This document shows, piece by piece, positions 1 through 13,417 of a DNA stretch of 64,000 nucleotides. This DNA is from Mytilus edulis. Lineage: Eukaryota. The notes below the pieces were generated by a model that was given only the letters and a program-made list of their open reading frames with translations, made no database searches and had not been told where the DNA came from. How positions within the stretch are numbered: position 1 is the first letter of the stretch; every line of letters starts with the position of its first letter. Location: assembly GCF_963676685.1 (NCBI RefSeq), contig NC_092351.1, positions 45,198,001 to 45,262,000 on the forward strand, written 5' to 3'. Made by a program: the position numbers and the translations under genes.

Positions 1-1477
1 CGGGTTGTTGTCTCTTTGGCACATTCCCCATTTCTATTCTCAATTTTATTAAAAAGAGAATGTAATGAGCAACACGACGGGTGTTATTAGTGAATCAGTA
101 TATGCTTACTCTTCCGGACGGAGGCGAGGACGGAGGGCATGATATCAACCCTGGTTTTAGGTGGGGTTCGTGTTGCTCGATTTTATGGTTTTTTTTGTGA
201 TTTGTTATACTGTTGCTAATTTTTTATCGTTTTGGGGGGTTTATTTGTTTGCCATGGAATTGTCAGTTTAGATTCGACTTGTATTTTGTGTCTCTTTTAT
301 TAGGAAGCGATGCAAATTATTCTCATAATTATGCCATATATATGAGATACTACCGATAGGAAAACACTATCCAAAACAATGTGCACTAAACGTATTTTCA
401 TTAACCGTTTAACAAATACGTTATAGTGACAAAAACAGCAATGCATGGCGTTATCAGTTTATTTTCAATTTATGAGTTACAATTTGTTTTTAAAATCGTC
501 TACGTACATTTTTAGCATGTAGTCATATTTTGTCGCAAAACACGCTCCATTCATCTGTCAACTAGACACTCTAACATTGACATTAAATACAGAATATCAC
601 GACTTCTTGAAAATGAATTGATGGAATTCCAATGATGTTGCAATGAGAACTTGGACATGTAGTTGTGCACCTGCTCATTTACTTTAAATCTGATTTATTA
701 CGGGGAGGTGTATATACACCAAAACAAAACAAATTACTTTTCCATTTTTAAATATATTTATTGAAGCGCTTATTTGACATAGCCGAACCTGCAAAAAATC
801 GCACATTTTCCCATTCAAAAAGAAAAACGGATCTCTAGATTGATATGATAATCATAACAAAATAATTTAATCTTCAAGGTATGGAAGTAATTTACGATAA
901 TTGTGATGACAAACATAGAGGAATATATCTTACCTCATTTATCTAATTGCAATAACCAAAATATTTAAATAAATAGAAAGTTATAACTTCACGCCAAAGA
1001 AAATCACTCAATATACGTGAATCGTTTTATATACTGACGGACTTTAGAAACGCAACACTCGATAATTTTTTTTTAGTTTCTATACTATTAAACGGGAAGA
1101 CCTCATGTTGTGTGTCGATTCTCTTCTTTCCACAATAAATCAATCATCATGCCTCTGTGTCCTATAGGTGACATGCATAGTCGCATTTGTCATCCATTCT
1201 TATGATTATTCAGATTGAGTTATTTTGAGAGAAAAACGACAAAAAAGGAGTCCGGATATGACTTTTAGTCATAGATAAGACTTCCGGTTTGAGACATGCA
1301 CAAATACAACCAATCGTATGATAGATAACAAAACTGAAAAAAATAAATAAGCCAATCAGAGCGTTCTCCATATCATGGTGGTTAGATAGAAAGAACCACA
1401 ACTAAAATACCTTCTTATAGAGGACATTTATTTTTCGCGATTATCTACTACATGTTAACTACGAATATACTACTTTA

Positions 1478-1945
1478 GGTGTCAGACCACCAATTAAAAA
1501 TCCCTATCTGTTCAACCAAATTTTGCAATTTTCACAGCTTTCTAAATATATTACCTTAAGTTTAACTTCAAGGAAACCAGGTATATCCTGAATTGTACAT
1601 GTATCACCTTCCTACATGCCAATTTTCAACCAATGTTTAAAGTCTTGTAACAAATTTCTGATTTTGAAAAGACAGGTACTACCAAAATAACTCCCGGTTT
1701 TCTGGAAATCTTAAATTAGTGTACTATGTAGCGCATTAATCCTGAATTTTTAATGCAAACTCATAGACAAGTGAATTTTGGCTCAAAATGGTCTAAATAT
1801 ATTTCCCTTTCACCAAAAGTTTCATTTCTGCAAATTTGTTGATTAGTTTAAGTAAACAATGACATCAAAAGCACTATTTTGTGTCAAAGTAGGACTACTT
1901 TTACATACGTTCTAAATTGGAGGGAGTAATTGGTGGTCTGACACC
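1478..1945. mobile_element. MITE (468 bp) with GGTGTCAGACCACCAATTA TIRs, flanked by TA
   Basis: Perfect 19-bp terminal inverted repeat; empty site in the paralogous repeat at about 4194-4220. Confidence 0.82.
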
Positions 1946-2519
1946 TACAATATACAGAGACTCTCAGTGTTCTGTCTACTGTTTTCTTTGAAATGTTTAC
2001 TATTGAAGGGGTCATACCAGTTGCATATATATATTAAAATAAGTAAAACATGTGACACAAGTACAACCAATCGTATGATAGATAACAAATATGAAAAATA
2101 AATAAGCCATTCAGAGCGTTCTCTATATCTTGTTGTTTAAATCGCAAGAATCACAACTATTTTACCTCTTTAGAGAGGACAATTATTTTTCGCGTTTCAT
2201 ATAATGGTGATAGATCACAAGAGCCACAACTATTATACCTCCTTAGAGAGGACAATTATTTTTCACGTTTATATATGTTACAGTAAATAGGTGAAATTAG
2301 GAATTACATGTAATTACTAAAATTTAGGAATTACAGGTAATTCCCGATGCACTTAGTTAATACAGGTAATTCCTGAAACGGCCCAGTTATTACCAGTAAT
2401 TACTAACTTTAAAATGAGTTTTTACACCTATTTACTGACTGCTAAAACAATGTTTTATTATGGTCAGATGATCAAAAGTTATGGTAATACTAACTAGATG
2501 ATCAGTAAGTACTCTTAGA

Positions 2520-2760
2520 ATATTGAATGGTTGATTTGTATTCAAAATATCTTGAATAATTATGGACTTTCAAATATTTGGTTAAATCTGAGTAACTTTA
2601 GTTTTAATCCAAAATGGTTAAAGTTAAGCATTATACAGATAATTTTTGACCAATTTCAGCAGACATGGAAATCAGAAATGGAAAATTCTCCCAAAGCATT
2701 ATGTTTTAACTTTTTTCAAAACAACTTTGAGTTTGAAGAATATTTAGACTTATTACCTTA
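2520..2760 (+). mobile_element. Non-LTR retrotransposon ORF2 C-terminal fragment
   Basis: ORF 2531-2794: GLSNIW...WLK...FDQFQQTW...NSPK...FEEYLDLL resembles the post-RT region of invertebrate LINEs. Confidence 0.55.
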
Positions 2761-3055
2761 TAATTTAATTTTAACGGGTCTTCTGATTGGCTGACGTTAT
2801 TTTGTTATGAGCCCATAGACATAATTTAGTCATGTTACCGTGACGTCATCAACGTTTTTTCATGGTTTTCTACGGTTAAATATGGAATTTACAATTAAAT
2901 TATAAGAAATGACTGTAATATATTTTCTGTCTATTCGAAATAACATAAAAAAAAAATGTGGTGCACAATGTTACGCTACGCTCGTTATTCAGTATGCACC
3001 AAATTTTTTATGTTATTTCTTCATAGACAGAAAAAATATTACAGTCATTCCTTAA
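2760..3055. mobile_element. Short element ending in a long hairpin (stem 2903-3054)
   Basis: aatgactgtaatatattttctgtctat / atagacagaaaaaatattacagtcatt arms, apex cgctacgctcg. Confidence 0.65.
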
Positions 3056-4626
3056 ATAAAGATCAGATAACATTGTGAAGGTAAAGAAAAGGAATGAACT
3101 GTTATGTGCATTAGCTTCGAGATATAAAAAAAGTTAAATATATATATTTTTTTTGTTGTTAAATCATTAATAAAAATGATATAGTGAAATTATAATTCAC
3201 TGTTAGTAGCCAATCCAGTTCTATAATTAGCTGAGAAACAAGGTTGATGAGTTGTGCACTTGCGAGTGAATATTTGGACCTCATTGAATACGTATTCATG
3301 TGACCTTCAATTCAACCCCTAGCTGAAGATGGGTTATCGATGTATTAAGCTATTAAAATTGTAAGGGTTTTGCAGAACAAACAGTCTCGAATACTTTTGC
3401 TATTAATCGCAGGCTCAACAAAAATGAGGAAAAAATGTTAACATTTTCCTCTAGATACTATCTTTAACTAGTACTATAAGAAACTTCTGTCAAAATTGGG
3501 TAAAAATCCAGGATGGTTTATAAAATCTAATGTTTTAAAAACTTAAACTTCAGAGTGTATGCAATGTTTACTGGGAAAAAACTAGTCCATTTATCCTGAT
3601 TATAATTGATATAGGAAAAAAAAGGATTGTTTTTACAAGCTTTACTTTCGGATATTATCTTATGATCATAACATTTAGCTTCTGTCCAAGTTTGATAGAA
3701 ATCCAAGATATTTGGAGAAAGTTATTTTAAAGTTTTAAACCACAGCGCATGATTGAGATTTTAGTTTAACAAAATTATGAAAATCAATTTTGGATTGATA
3801 TCATTGTCTTGCATGCATACATTTACGGAATTTCAAGACATATAAAACAACCATTTTCCAGTTTCAATTCACAAACAGTAAAGAGTATGCACTTTTGATG
3901 TGCCTTATATTCCTACATCCTCAAGTAAGCTCCCTTAAAATCCCTACCCCTTTACTTTCTTATTTTGAATCTTGAGTTATGTTTTTAATTTTAAAACAAA
4001 AAATCAAGTTAGTAAATAGCTGTAAAAATGTCCAAAAAAATCAGTAATTACCAGTAATCACTGAAACAACTAGTAAATACAGGTAATTACTAAATTGTCT
4101 AGTAATTACAGGTATTAACTGAAATGTTTAGTAATTACGTGTAATTCCTAATTTCACCTATTTACTGTAACATATATACATGTAAACTACGAATATACTA
4201 CTTTAATATATAGAGTCTCTGTTTTCTGTCAGGGACTTTCTATGTTAGTATAGAAAGTCCCTAATTCTGTCTACTGATTTCGTTGAAATGTTTACTTTTT
4301 AAGGGGTTATACCACTTGCATATATATTAAAATAAGTAACACATGCTCAACTTCATCTAAAACTACCTCGAGCAAAAACTTTAACCCGAAGCGTGACAGA
4401 CGGACGACCAAACGAACGATCGCACGGATGCACAGACTAGAAAACATAATGCCCATAAATGGGGCATACAAATTAATTGTTGAAAGGGAAAATAGTGATT
4501 TGGCAAAAATAAAAGTATGTTAGAGATTAGAGGAAGGCATGACCTTTTTCTGGGCGTCGGGATCGGGTGTTAGTAAGCTCGGGATTTGGGGATTGATCCT
4601 TACGGGATCAGGGAATATATTTTTCA

Positions 4627-4973
4627 ATTTCGGGATATGAATTTCTTTACGTTCTGCATCTCTGAATTTCATGGTTTTAAGCCCGGGATTTCGGGATCAG
4701 GACCCCGCCGACCACCCCTCAAATTAGCCTTAGTCGGTCTTAGTCTTTTATACATGATTCACATCCTACCATTGGCATGTTAATAAGGCTCTCAAAATTT
4801 TCGATTTCGGGATATGAATTTCTTTACGTTCTGCATTTCGGGATTTCATGGTTTAAACCCGGGATTTCGAGATCAGGACCCCGCCGACCACCCCTCAAAT
4901 TAGCCTTAGTCGGTCTTAGTCTTTTATACATGATTCACATCCTACCATTGGCATGTTTATAAGGCTCTCAAAA
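4627..4973. repeat. Tandem duplication, period about 178 bp
   Basis: atttcgggatatgaatttctttacg at 4627 and 4805; explains the twin ORFs 4586 and 4777. Confidence 0.9.
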
Positions 4974-7900
4974 GAAAAAGCACTGATGGATTGTCCTAGA
5001 AGCATATTTTATTAGACTAATAATGGTCTATATATAAGCACTTACATTTATTTCATGTTTGAAACGGTGCAAATTAATTTTTTAAGCATTGTAGCAAAGG
5101 AGAAGAATAATTGTGGTCCGAGGCAAGAAACACGAAAATAATTGAATTTAACAGAAAGGAAACAAATATTGGACTTTGGAAAAAAGGACAGGGCTTTTGA
5201 TACCTTTTATGAAATTCTCCATACATAATATCTTTTACAAAAAATCCTCCTGCAACAGTTCACAAGCTGTATATTTCCGCGATTTCGCGGGTGTGTTCTA
5301 GTTACATTTAAAATAAACATTACTCATGAAATACTAAATATTTATAATGAATATAAAGTTAAATCATTTCTTTATCTTCTAAAGTAAGTTTGAAATTCAA
5401 AATTTGAATTTATTACGTTATGCTTAACGTTTAAATCGTGTGCTGGGCACACACATCTTGGTTTTTAACTCTTCATTATGGTTATGTCAATCGTCGAAGA
5501 CAGAGAGAGCTGTTAAAAATCGCTTAATTATTGACAGAAAGGTTAACCAATACTTATGGGAATATTTTAGTCAAAAGCAACATCACAAAAATACTGAACT
5601 TCGATGAAAATTCAAAACGACAAGTCCCTAATCGAGTGGTGAAAACAAATGATCAGACTCATCAAACGAATGTATAACAACTGTCATATTCCTGATTTCT
5701 TATTTTAATTATTTCCACTAATTTTAGTCTGGTTTGCAGTAATGTTGCATACAATGAAATCTTTATAAGCAATACCAAAGTTGTTTATGTGGCATTTCAG
5801 CATAAGAGAATCATTGCTATGACATCCAACAATTTGGTAAACAAACAACTGACGTTGTAGCCGTTATACAGTGTTGCAAATGATGATGTCTTTTTTTTTT
5901 TTATTGAAATGACGTAACGTTAAACTACAGGTTAACCGGGTCCGTTGTTTTTCATTTACGAATTATGACTATCTGTTCTCAAGTTTCACCAACTTAAAAG
6001 TAATTTATTAGCGCGAATTGGTTCTCAAAAGCACGTGCACTCAAACTTGTCTGTGAATTTCTAATGACTTAATTCAAATTTTCATTTCTCAGTCATGACA
6101 AAAAGGAAAATCGATAACTTTTTACTGATTAAAACGGGAAGCATGAAAAGCAATGTAATGAATAAACGTCATGCTTGGATGAAAAAGATGAACACACTGT
6201 GTGTTGCGTTTTTATAGTCTGTCAGTATATATTAATATAAATTCGAGGACTTCAAAGCGTTTCATATCTATCTCGAAATGACGAAATGTTTGTATTTAAC
6301 CAGAGATGTCCCTGATTTATCACATTCAAAAGTTGTCTTTTCAATTTCGTCTAAAGTTCCAAGGTAAATTGGCATTCTTTTTTAATAAGATTATTAAAAA
6401 GGATTAAGAGATGTGGTATGATTGTCAATGAGACAGCGATCCACAAGAGTTCGAATGATAAGGATATAAAAACAATGATGACAGGCAATCGTATCGCTTT
6501 AATGACCGTACTTTATTATGTTTTTGGCTATATTTATTATGTTTTGTTGACGCTAAAATATGTATATGTTTTCCTGATACATTCTCCTTGAAACGAAAAT
6601 ATAAAGTAACCGTACCTATGTAACTTAATTTACATTAGAAGTGTAATAAATTGTAGATGTCATTTTTCGACTGTACGCGTCTGTCCTGGGCATATACTTT
6701 TGATAGATGCTTAAATGGATAGCACTCTATTAAAAGTTTGCTAAAATGGATATATAATAAAATTTCAAATACAAGCCCTAACTATTGACGGTAACGTTTG
6801 TTCACTTAAAATTTCATTTACATTATGTGAACACAGCTTGTATTTTACAAAACTTGTATCTCTCAATAATAAACTACTGATGTAGGATATCATGCAATGG
6901 CGTTAAACACTTATCTATAGTAAATACAAAACGCTAATGAATACTCATTGGATCAATTAATAACCTTTTACGCTGTTGACCATTAAAAAGAACACATTTA
7001 ATCCTAAAAGACTTTTGGTGTTCCGAAAGACTTTAGAAATCTTTCAATATATACTAGGGTTCACGCAATAACACATGTGACTAAAGTGTCCTCCACAATA
7101 GACTTTCGAATAAAAGCAAATTCTGGCACACAAACAGACACCATTCAAAGTATATAATTTATTAGCTAAATGGTAGCTCAGCATACTGCATAACACAGTT
7201 CAAATTGGTATTAACTGTTTACATAAATTGTGTTAACATATAACATATTTAGCTTTCTTTCTATACTGATGCAATGTATAGTATATAGCAAACACAAGAG
7301 TTACTGCTGTCTTATAACTGAACAAATAATGAATTTTCATTATCTATGTCTCATTAAAGTACAAATTAAAATATCAAAAGTACAGAGCTCCAAGGAAAAT
7401 TCAAAACGGAAAGTCCCATATCAAATATAAAAATCTCAAGCTGTAACATGTACAACAATCAAATGGAAAACAGCTGTTATATTTCTGAAATAGTACAGAC
7501 TTTTCCTTACGGAGCTACCATTTGATTTTTATTGATGGTTAGGATAAAAAAATCGAAGTCCATTCAGCATTTTTTTTTCACTCTATGCGATCCTGCCTTT
7601 TGTATAAGTTATTCCTTACTTTTTGTTCTTAAATTGTTGCCCTGCCTTTTTTCCCCAAAGTGACTCATCCTTCCTTTTTTCAAGCTAAAAAATCCTGTCC
7701 TGCAATTATTTTTCAATTTCAATTCCCATTAATAATGAATGGTAGATCCACTAGAGCTATGCAAAATATTTGAGAGAGACTGTTGATCAGATATTGTAGT
7801 CTCGTGTCAAGTGAATTCACCAAAACAAATATCAAATATGTAAAACTGTTTGTTACTTTTTATAATCGTTTGAAACGTCAATGTAAAAAGATGTCAGATT

Positions 7901-8820
7901 TAGAATCAAATAAAAATGTAAATACAGCTGTTTCTCAAACCACGCCTCTATTTGGAAGAAATTGAATAATCATAGATAATTAACTTTGTTTTTGGTTCCC
8001 AGTTCTGATCTGTAGGTTGCATCTCATAGAGACGTATCTTGGGAATGTTACCAGTAAATATACATGTAAATATTGTTTATATTGAAATCTGTGGTAACCT
8101 TACAGTCGAGGTAGGGATATTTAAGAAATCTAGTGTTAGTTTAAACCCTTAGAAGTTCGGGGAATATACACGTTGAAAATATGGTGTACAGCCCTATATT
8201 TTGATCTTTGTAAAAAGTAGAGGTGCGTATGAACTTTCCACTCTAGTATATGATTTTTTTTCAAAACTTCAAAGTAAAAGTGGTACAGTTTAAGCCGTAA
8301 AGGGAGTTCCTATGGAAAAATGCATTGTTTATATTTACAGAAATGCAAACTAAACATAAATTTGTTTCATGTGTGAATATGTTTTCGAAGACAAATTAGG
8401 AATAGATATTTACCTATGGTAATTTGAAGCATGATAGTCGTATGACCTCCGATTTTTGTCATGTTTAAGTTGTTGTATGTTTTTGTTTTAGTAACATAAG
8501 CAAATTGATAATAAAAGTACAAACCATTTATATGTTTTGTTGAATTGTTGGTTACTTTTTTGTAAATATTATGGAGCAAATTTATGAAAAAACAGAAGAT
8601 TCTCAATTTCTTATAATAATGCTGAAGTTTTATAAAGCATCTTATTGTTCTGGATGCCGTTCTTTGATAGCGGATTAAGAAACTAGTTAAAAGCACTAAA
8701 ATATAAGTTGTAAAACACTCTCTAGAGGCCGAGATGAAACGGTTTTTTCGTGTGTTTTTTTTGGTGTAATTTATGCAACAAATACATGATAGAGATCTTC
8801 GAATGTTAAGAAAACGCCAT

Positions 8821-9145
8821 AAAAGGGAGGCGAAAGATTCCAGAGGAATAGCCAAACTCATAGGTCGAAAACAAATTGACAACGCTAACAAAGAAAACGA
8901 CAAACAGACAAATAATAGTTTACTCGATACAACATAGAAAACTAAGGACTAAGCAACACGAACACCACAAAAACTGGGCGTTATCTCAGGTGCTCTGGAA
9001 GGATAAGCAGATCCAGCTCCACATGTGGCACTCGTCGTGTTGCTCATGTTATTACAAACCCGGTTTACAGTTTAATTCGGTAAGTCACATTCGTGAAAAG
9101 AAAAGAGGTTTGTAGTTAGTACAAAAGGAACATATCCGATATCAT
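8821..9145 (-). repeat. Second, diverged copy of the Penelope-like 3' end in tandem with the element
   Basis: Colinear with 9158-9511 (aaagat.cca, gacaacgc, tctcaggtgctc.ggaagg, cgtcgtgttgct, aaggaacatatccgatatcat). Confidence 0.75.
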
Positions 9146-9157
9146 ACGTGCATCTTA

Positions 9158-11653
9158 AAAGAGGGATGAAAGATACCAAAAGGGCAGTCAAACTCAAAAA
9201 TCTAAAACAAATGGACAACGCCATGGTTAAAAATGAAAAAGACAAACAAAAAACAGCACACATGACACAACATAGAAAACTAAAGAATAAACAACACGAC
9301 CCCCCCCCCCAAAAAAAAAACAAACAAAAAACAAAACAAAACAAGGGGTGATCTCAGGTGCTCCGGAAGGGTAAACTGATCCTGCTCCAAATGCGGTACC
9401 CGTCGTGTTGCTTATGTGATAACAAATTCGGTAAATAGTCTTATTCGGTAGGTCACATTCATGAAAGGGAAGGTGATTGTAGTTACGACGTAAGGAACAT
9501 ATCCGATATCATTTGTGAAACGGTTATTCCATAACGGTTAACCAACTCGTGATGGCATCCGTAAAATTTACGAAGGGATGATTTCAACATCACCATTTGG
9601 AACTCTTGGTTTGATAGCTTCCTTGTGAGCAGCAACCCTCTATCAAGAAAATCATGATAGGAAATGCAAGCACTGGAATATCGTATCAATTGGGAGATAT
9701 ATATCCCGTATGCAGGTGCTGCTGGAATGTTGCGACCCTCTTTGTCAATTTTTAGATGTAAGTCAAGATATGAGGCCGACTTAACTGTATCTGTAGTATC
9801 CCTTATCTCTAGCTCGATGGGATAGATGCGTTCCACATAGTCACCAAATGTTGAATTATTTAGTGAAAGAACATCATCTATATAGCGGAAATTAGAGTTA
9901 AAGGATATTGCTAACTTCTTATCTTTCTTCCTAAGAAGTTCCTGCATGAAGTCAGCCTCATAATGATAAAGAAACAAGTCGGAGAGTAGAGGGGCACAGT
10001 TTGTTCCCATTGTGATGCCGACAGTCTGTTGAAAAACACGTCCTCCGAACGTAACAAATATGTTGTCAATCAAGAAATCAAGCATCTTGATAACATCAGT
10101 TTCAGAGAATTTTTTGTTTGAATCAGAGTGGTCCTTTACAAAGTAGGATTTATCCCTCCCTAAGACAAAATACTTGTATCTACGTTGGCCATTCTTTTTT
10201 ATAAAGCAAAGCAATACCAACACTTTCAATTTGTCTCTTAGTTTGGAATGTGGAATACTAGTATAAAGAATAAAAAGTCAAATGTTTTAATACTGTTACA
10301 AGATGAAAGAGAGTTAGATTGTATGTACTCTAAAAGATTTTTGGAATTTTTAAGTATCCACATCTGATTCACGCCCCCTCTAGAATAGGCAGTTTCACAA
10401 TAACTTTGAAACCGGTCTTTGATTGCTGATAAAATGGATGTTAATAATTTAGAAAGAGGTTTTGTGGAGCACTTGGAAGACCCAGCAATATACCGTTGTT
10501 TGTAAGGACACTTATGTAGTTGAGGTATCCAATACAGTGATGGAAGATCCAGTTCTTCATCTTTGGTTGAAATTCCAAAGGAACACAGAACAGACCTATG
10601 ATTATCCAGGATTTCCTCTTTGGTAAGTGTCGTGAGGGTATATGTTGAGTTTCCAAGAGAATTGTCAATACCTAATTCGTTTATCAAGCAGTTAATGTAA
10701 TGAGTTTTACACACAAAAACGATGTTGTTTGGGGCTTTATCTGCGGAGACAACAAAATATTTGTCACGGAGGTAGGATAGGTGTTTTGCAACATTTGGGT
10801 CTTTAAAGATTGATGTAGCATGGGCATTGATAGACCGATTCAGTTTCTTAATTCTGATTTGTATCAACGACCTCACTGCCTTAATCCATTCGGAAAGAGT
10901 GTCTACGTCTTCCTTCTCGCGCTTAGTCTATTGCCTGGCATAATCCTCAACTGAATCCATCAAAATTTTAAAGTTGTATTTCCAATTGATGGATTTAGGA
11001 TCACGATATTTCGGACCTTTCGATAACACATTTCGTAGAGAAGTGTTATTAACAATGTTGAGGTCACCGGTAATAACGTGGCCAGGAGGATTATATGTGA
11101 ATTGGGAAGTAGCACAAGTGCAATCAGGAGGTTGAGACTTGAAGTCGTGAATATCGAGATCCTGCAAAACGTGTTTGTAATTGAAAATTTCAGTTGCAAT
11201 AGTTTGGTATCGGTATAGGATATTGCCTAAGTTGACGCCATCGATACCTTTGTTGGCAAAGGAAAGATTAAGGAAAGTTCTTTTCTCTTTTTCAGCTTTG
11301 CCAATGCGGACTAGCTTGAAAAGTCTGTGACTTGCAATATCCGAAATTATAGCTGTACTTTTGTATTGGTTTGAATGAGGGTTTGTAACAGTGGATTCCG
11401 ATCATAAATGGAACAGAGAATGAAGTTTTGAAAGGGGTAATGAATAAAGTTTCATGCGAATGTGATGAATACCTAAAGGCTTTTGTATAAATGGCAGCAA
11501 GTCATTAATAGATATATCATGCAGCGAAGGTGATGTATAATGACGATGACCAGGACTGCATCTACGTCGAGGAGTCGAGTTGAAAATATTCATCACATTC
11601 ACCGAGTTACACGAAGGACTAGACAGAATACCTATACCATCAATTTTGTCATT
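9158..11653 (-). mobile_element. 5'-truncated, inactivated Penelope-like retroelement (probably Naiad-type, RT at C-terminus)
   Basis: ORFs 11402-11602, 10928-11167, 10238-10876 and 9483-10229 form one broken frame with RT motifs (LYWIPQLHK, TFDF, GITMGTNCAPLLSDLFL, FRYIDD, YLDL, AYGIYISQLIRY). Defects: TAG at 10928, frameshift near 10270, loss of the YDKRDD segment near 9733. No endonuclease follows the RT. Confidence 0.85.
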
Positions 11654-11969
11654 GGTAAGGTGTGACCTGGTTATTAAATGAATGTTTACTATTTGACTCT
11701 ATTTTGAAAAAAAAAAAAAATATATTCTAAAGAACTTAATTCCGAGTAAATTGCTGTTTTTTGTACTAAATATATGATAAATGATGTTATCACGACTGTA
11801 TATATTGCATACCATCAACACCTTTTTGGTTTTTGAAGTTTGTTCCTGATGTTAGAAATAGGCATATTATGTACCCTTTTGATTATTTCAGAATACTTTT
11901 CGGAGGTCTGATATTCGAATATAAACAACATTAATACATTTATTGTAATTACCAAGAGATTATATATAT

Positions 11970-12640
11970 AGAATAATTTATGGCAAAATCCGTATCACAT
12001 GCTGTATCACCACGAGAAACCAATATCAGTCCCAAGGGCCGAAGGTCCCAAGGGCTGATATTGGTCGAGTGGTGATACATCATGCGATACGGATTTTGCC
12101 ATGTATTATTCTGTTTATCATATATTTTAATAGAATCCGATTCACGGGATATCTTTTTTTTTTAAATCGTCCGAAAATATAAGCTAGAAAAGAACATAAT
12201 TTTCCTGTATTTTTCCAACTGACTTTTTTTTAGACTTCCTTATTTTCTTAATATCCACATCGTTAAGTCTCCTATAACCTTTTGTCTTTCTCAATATACA
12301 TTGAAGACCGTGTATTTAAATGCATCCACTAACGATACCGGTATTGCATACCCCGTATCGCATATCAAAACTCGTATCGCCTACCTTGCTGTATTTCTCG
12401 GTTTTGGAAAAAAATGAGTTTTCACTAAAAACATGATCCCCCAAAAAATATTAGACTACTGAGTTACTTTACGAGCGATTTTTATATAAAAAAGACACAA
12501 TAAGATGTAGAAATATCTGACGTTTTATTGTTTAATTATTTGTTATTTTTTTTTGCTATGCGATACGGGTTATGCGATATGGGTTTAACTATGCGATACG
12601 GGGTAGGTGATGCAGAATGGAAAAAAAGAACCTTTAATAT
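11970..12640. mobile_element. Hairpin-terminated element (stem 11970-12112) between (TA)n runs
   Basis: atggcaaaatccgtatc / gatacggattttgccat arms, apex ggccgaaggtcc; the CGTATCGC motif recurs at 12354-12380 and inverted at 12558-12600. Confidence 0.65.
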
Positions 12641-12962
12641 ATATACAAAATTGCTGTTTTTTGTACTAAATATATGATAAATGATGTTATCATGACTGTT
12701 TATATTGATAATCATCAACGTAATGCAGTCATGGCGTTCTGTAATCTTTATTTTGATTCACTTGTGACTTCCATCGTTTTACACATGGTAATTCTGTAAT
12801 AAGTCGCCTTGAATCATATAACAGTTAACGAAAGAAAGGAGAATGTAACTACGAAATGTCTTTAAAATATGGGGGTATTTCCGAGGCATAATAAAGTAGA
12901 TTTTGTTTAACTAGACAAAATAATAGTTTATGAATTTCCATTTTAATGCACATGTATATGTA

Positions 12963-13417
12963 CTATTTTGAGCACACAACACATGTCAGAGGATAATTGT
13001 GTATATAGGGAGGACACTGTAAGGCTCCACACTTTGCTAACACAGAAAACAATAATTTGCCATTAGTATCTTGAACACCAGCATTTAGGTATTCAGGATG
13101 GCTGTCCACGCATACATATGATGACGCGGCTGCATGACCATGATCTCCCGAACCTAGATATCCATGGTATTCTATATTCCATCCGTTATAACATTTGTTC
13201 TTCCCAGGAACCATAAGGATTGAAGTTGAACGTATCTTTCTGCAGACAGCACATGGTACATCTTCATCATCTTTACCAAAAAAGTTCGTTTCGTATTCTG
13301 CGCCATACATACGTCCGCCATCAGAACCACTAGTCTTCACAAAATCTGGATCTGGTGGAAGACAGACATACTCTGCTGCGGAACCTGGATTGGTATAATA
13401 TCCACCTCCAGCATAAC
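12963..13417 (-). CDS. Exon 3 (terminal) of short-chain collagen C4-like protein; spliced product 250 aa
   Basis: Acceptor ttttgttag at 13418; GYAGGGYY...YVCLPPDP...YGAEYE...DVPCAVC...EYHGYL...YVCVD...CGALQCPPY...LTCVVCSK* matches the Cys pattern of the invertebrate short-chain collagen C4-like family; TAG at 12963-12965. Confidence 0.9.

Larger units (their letters stand above)
2276..4172. mobile_element. Non-autonomous TIR element with TGT...ACA termini, TATA TSD and ~27-bp subterminal repeats (Ginger-like)
   Basis: TGTTACAGTAAATAGGTGAAATTAGGAATTAC and its reverse complement at 4141-4172; TATA on both sides; interrupts a sequence that is intact at 1432-1475. Confidence 0.8.
1079..5301 (+). 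mobile_element. Probable non-autonomous Helitron carrying internal tandem repeats and nested insertions
   Basis: 5' TC(TATACTATTAAAC); 3' hairpin CCGCGATTTCGCGG followed by CTAG|T at 5298-5302; pairing of the two ends is inferred. Confidence 0.5.

Noticed and set aside
8367-8903. 178-aa minus-strand ORF
   Set aside because: Starts in the Penelope-like 3' repeat, has low-complexity AT-rich composition and no recognisable motif
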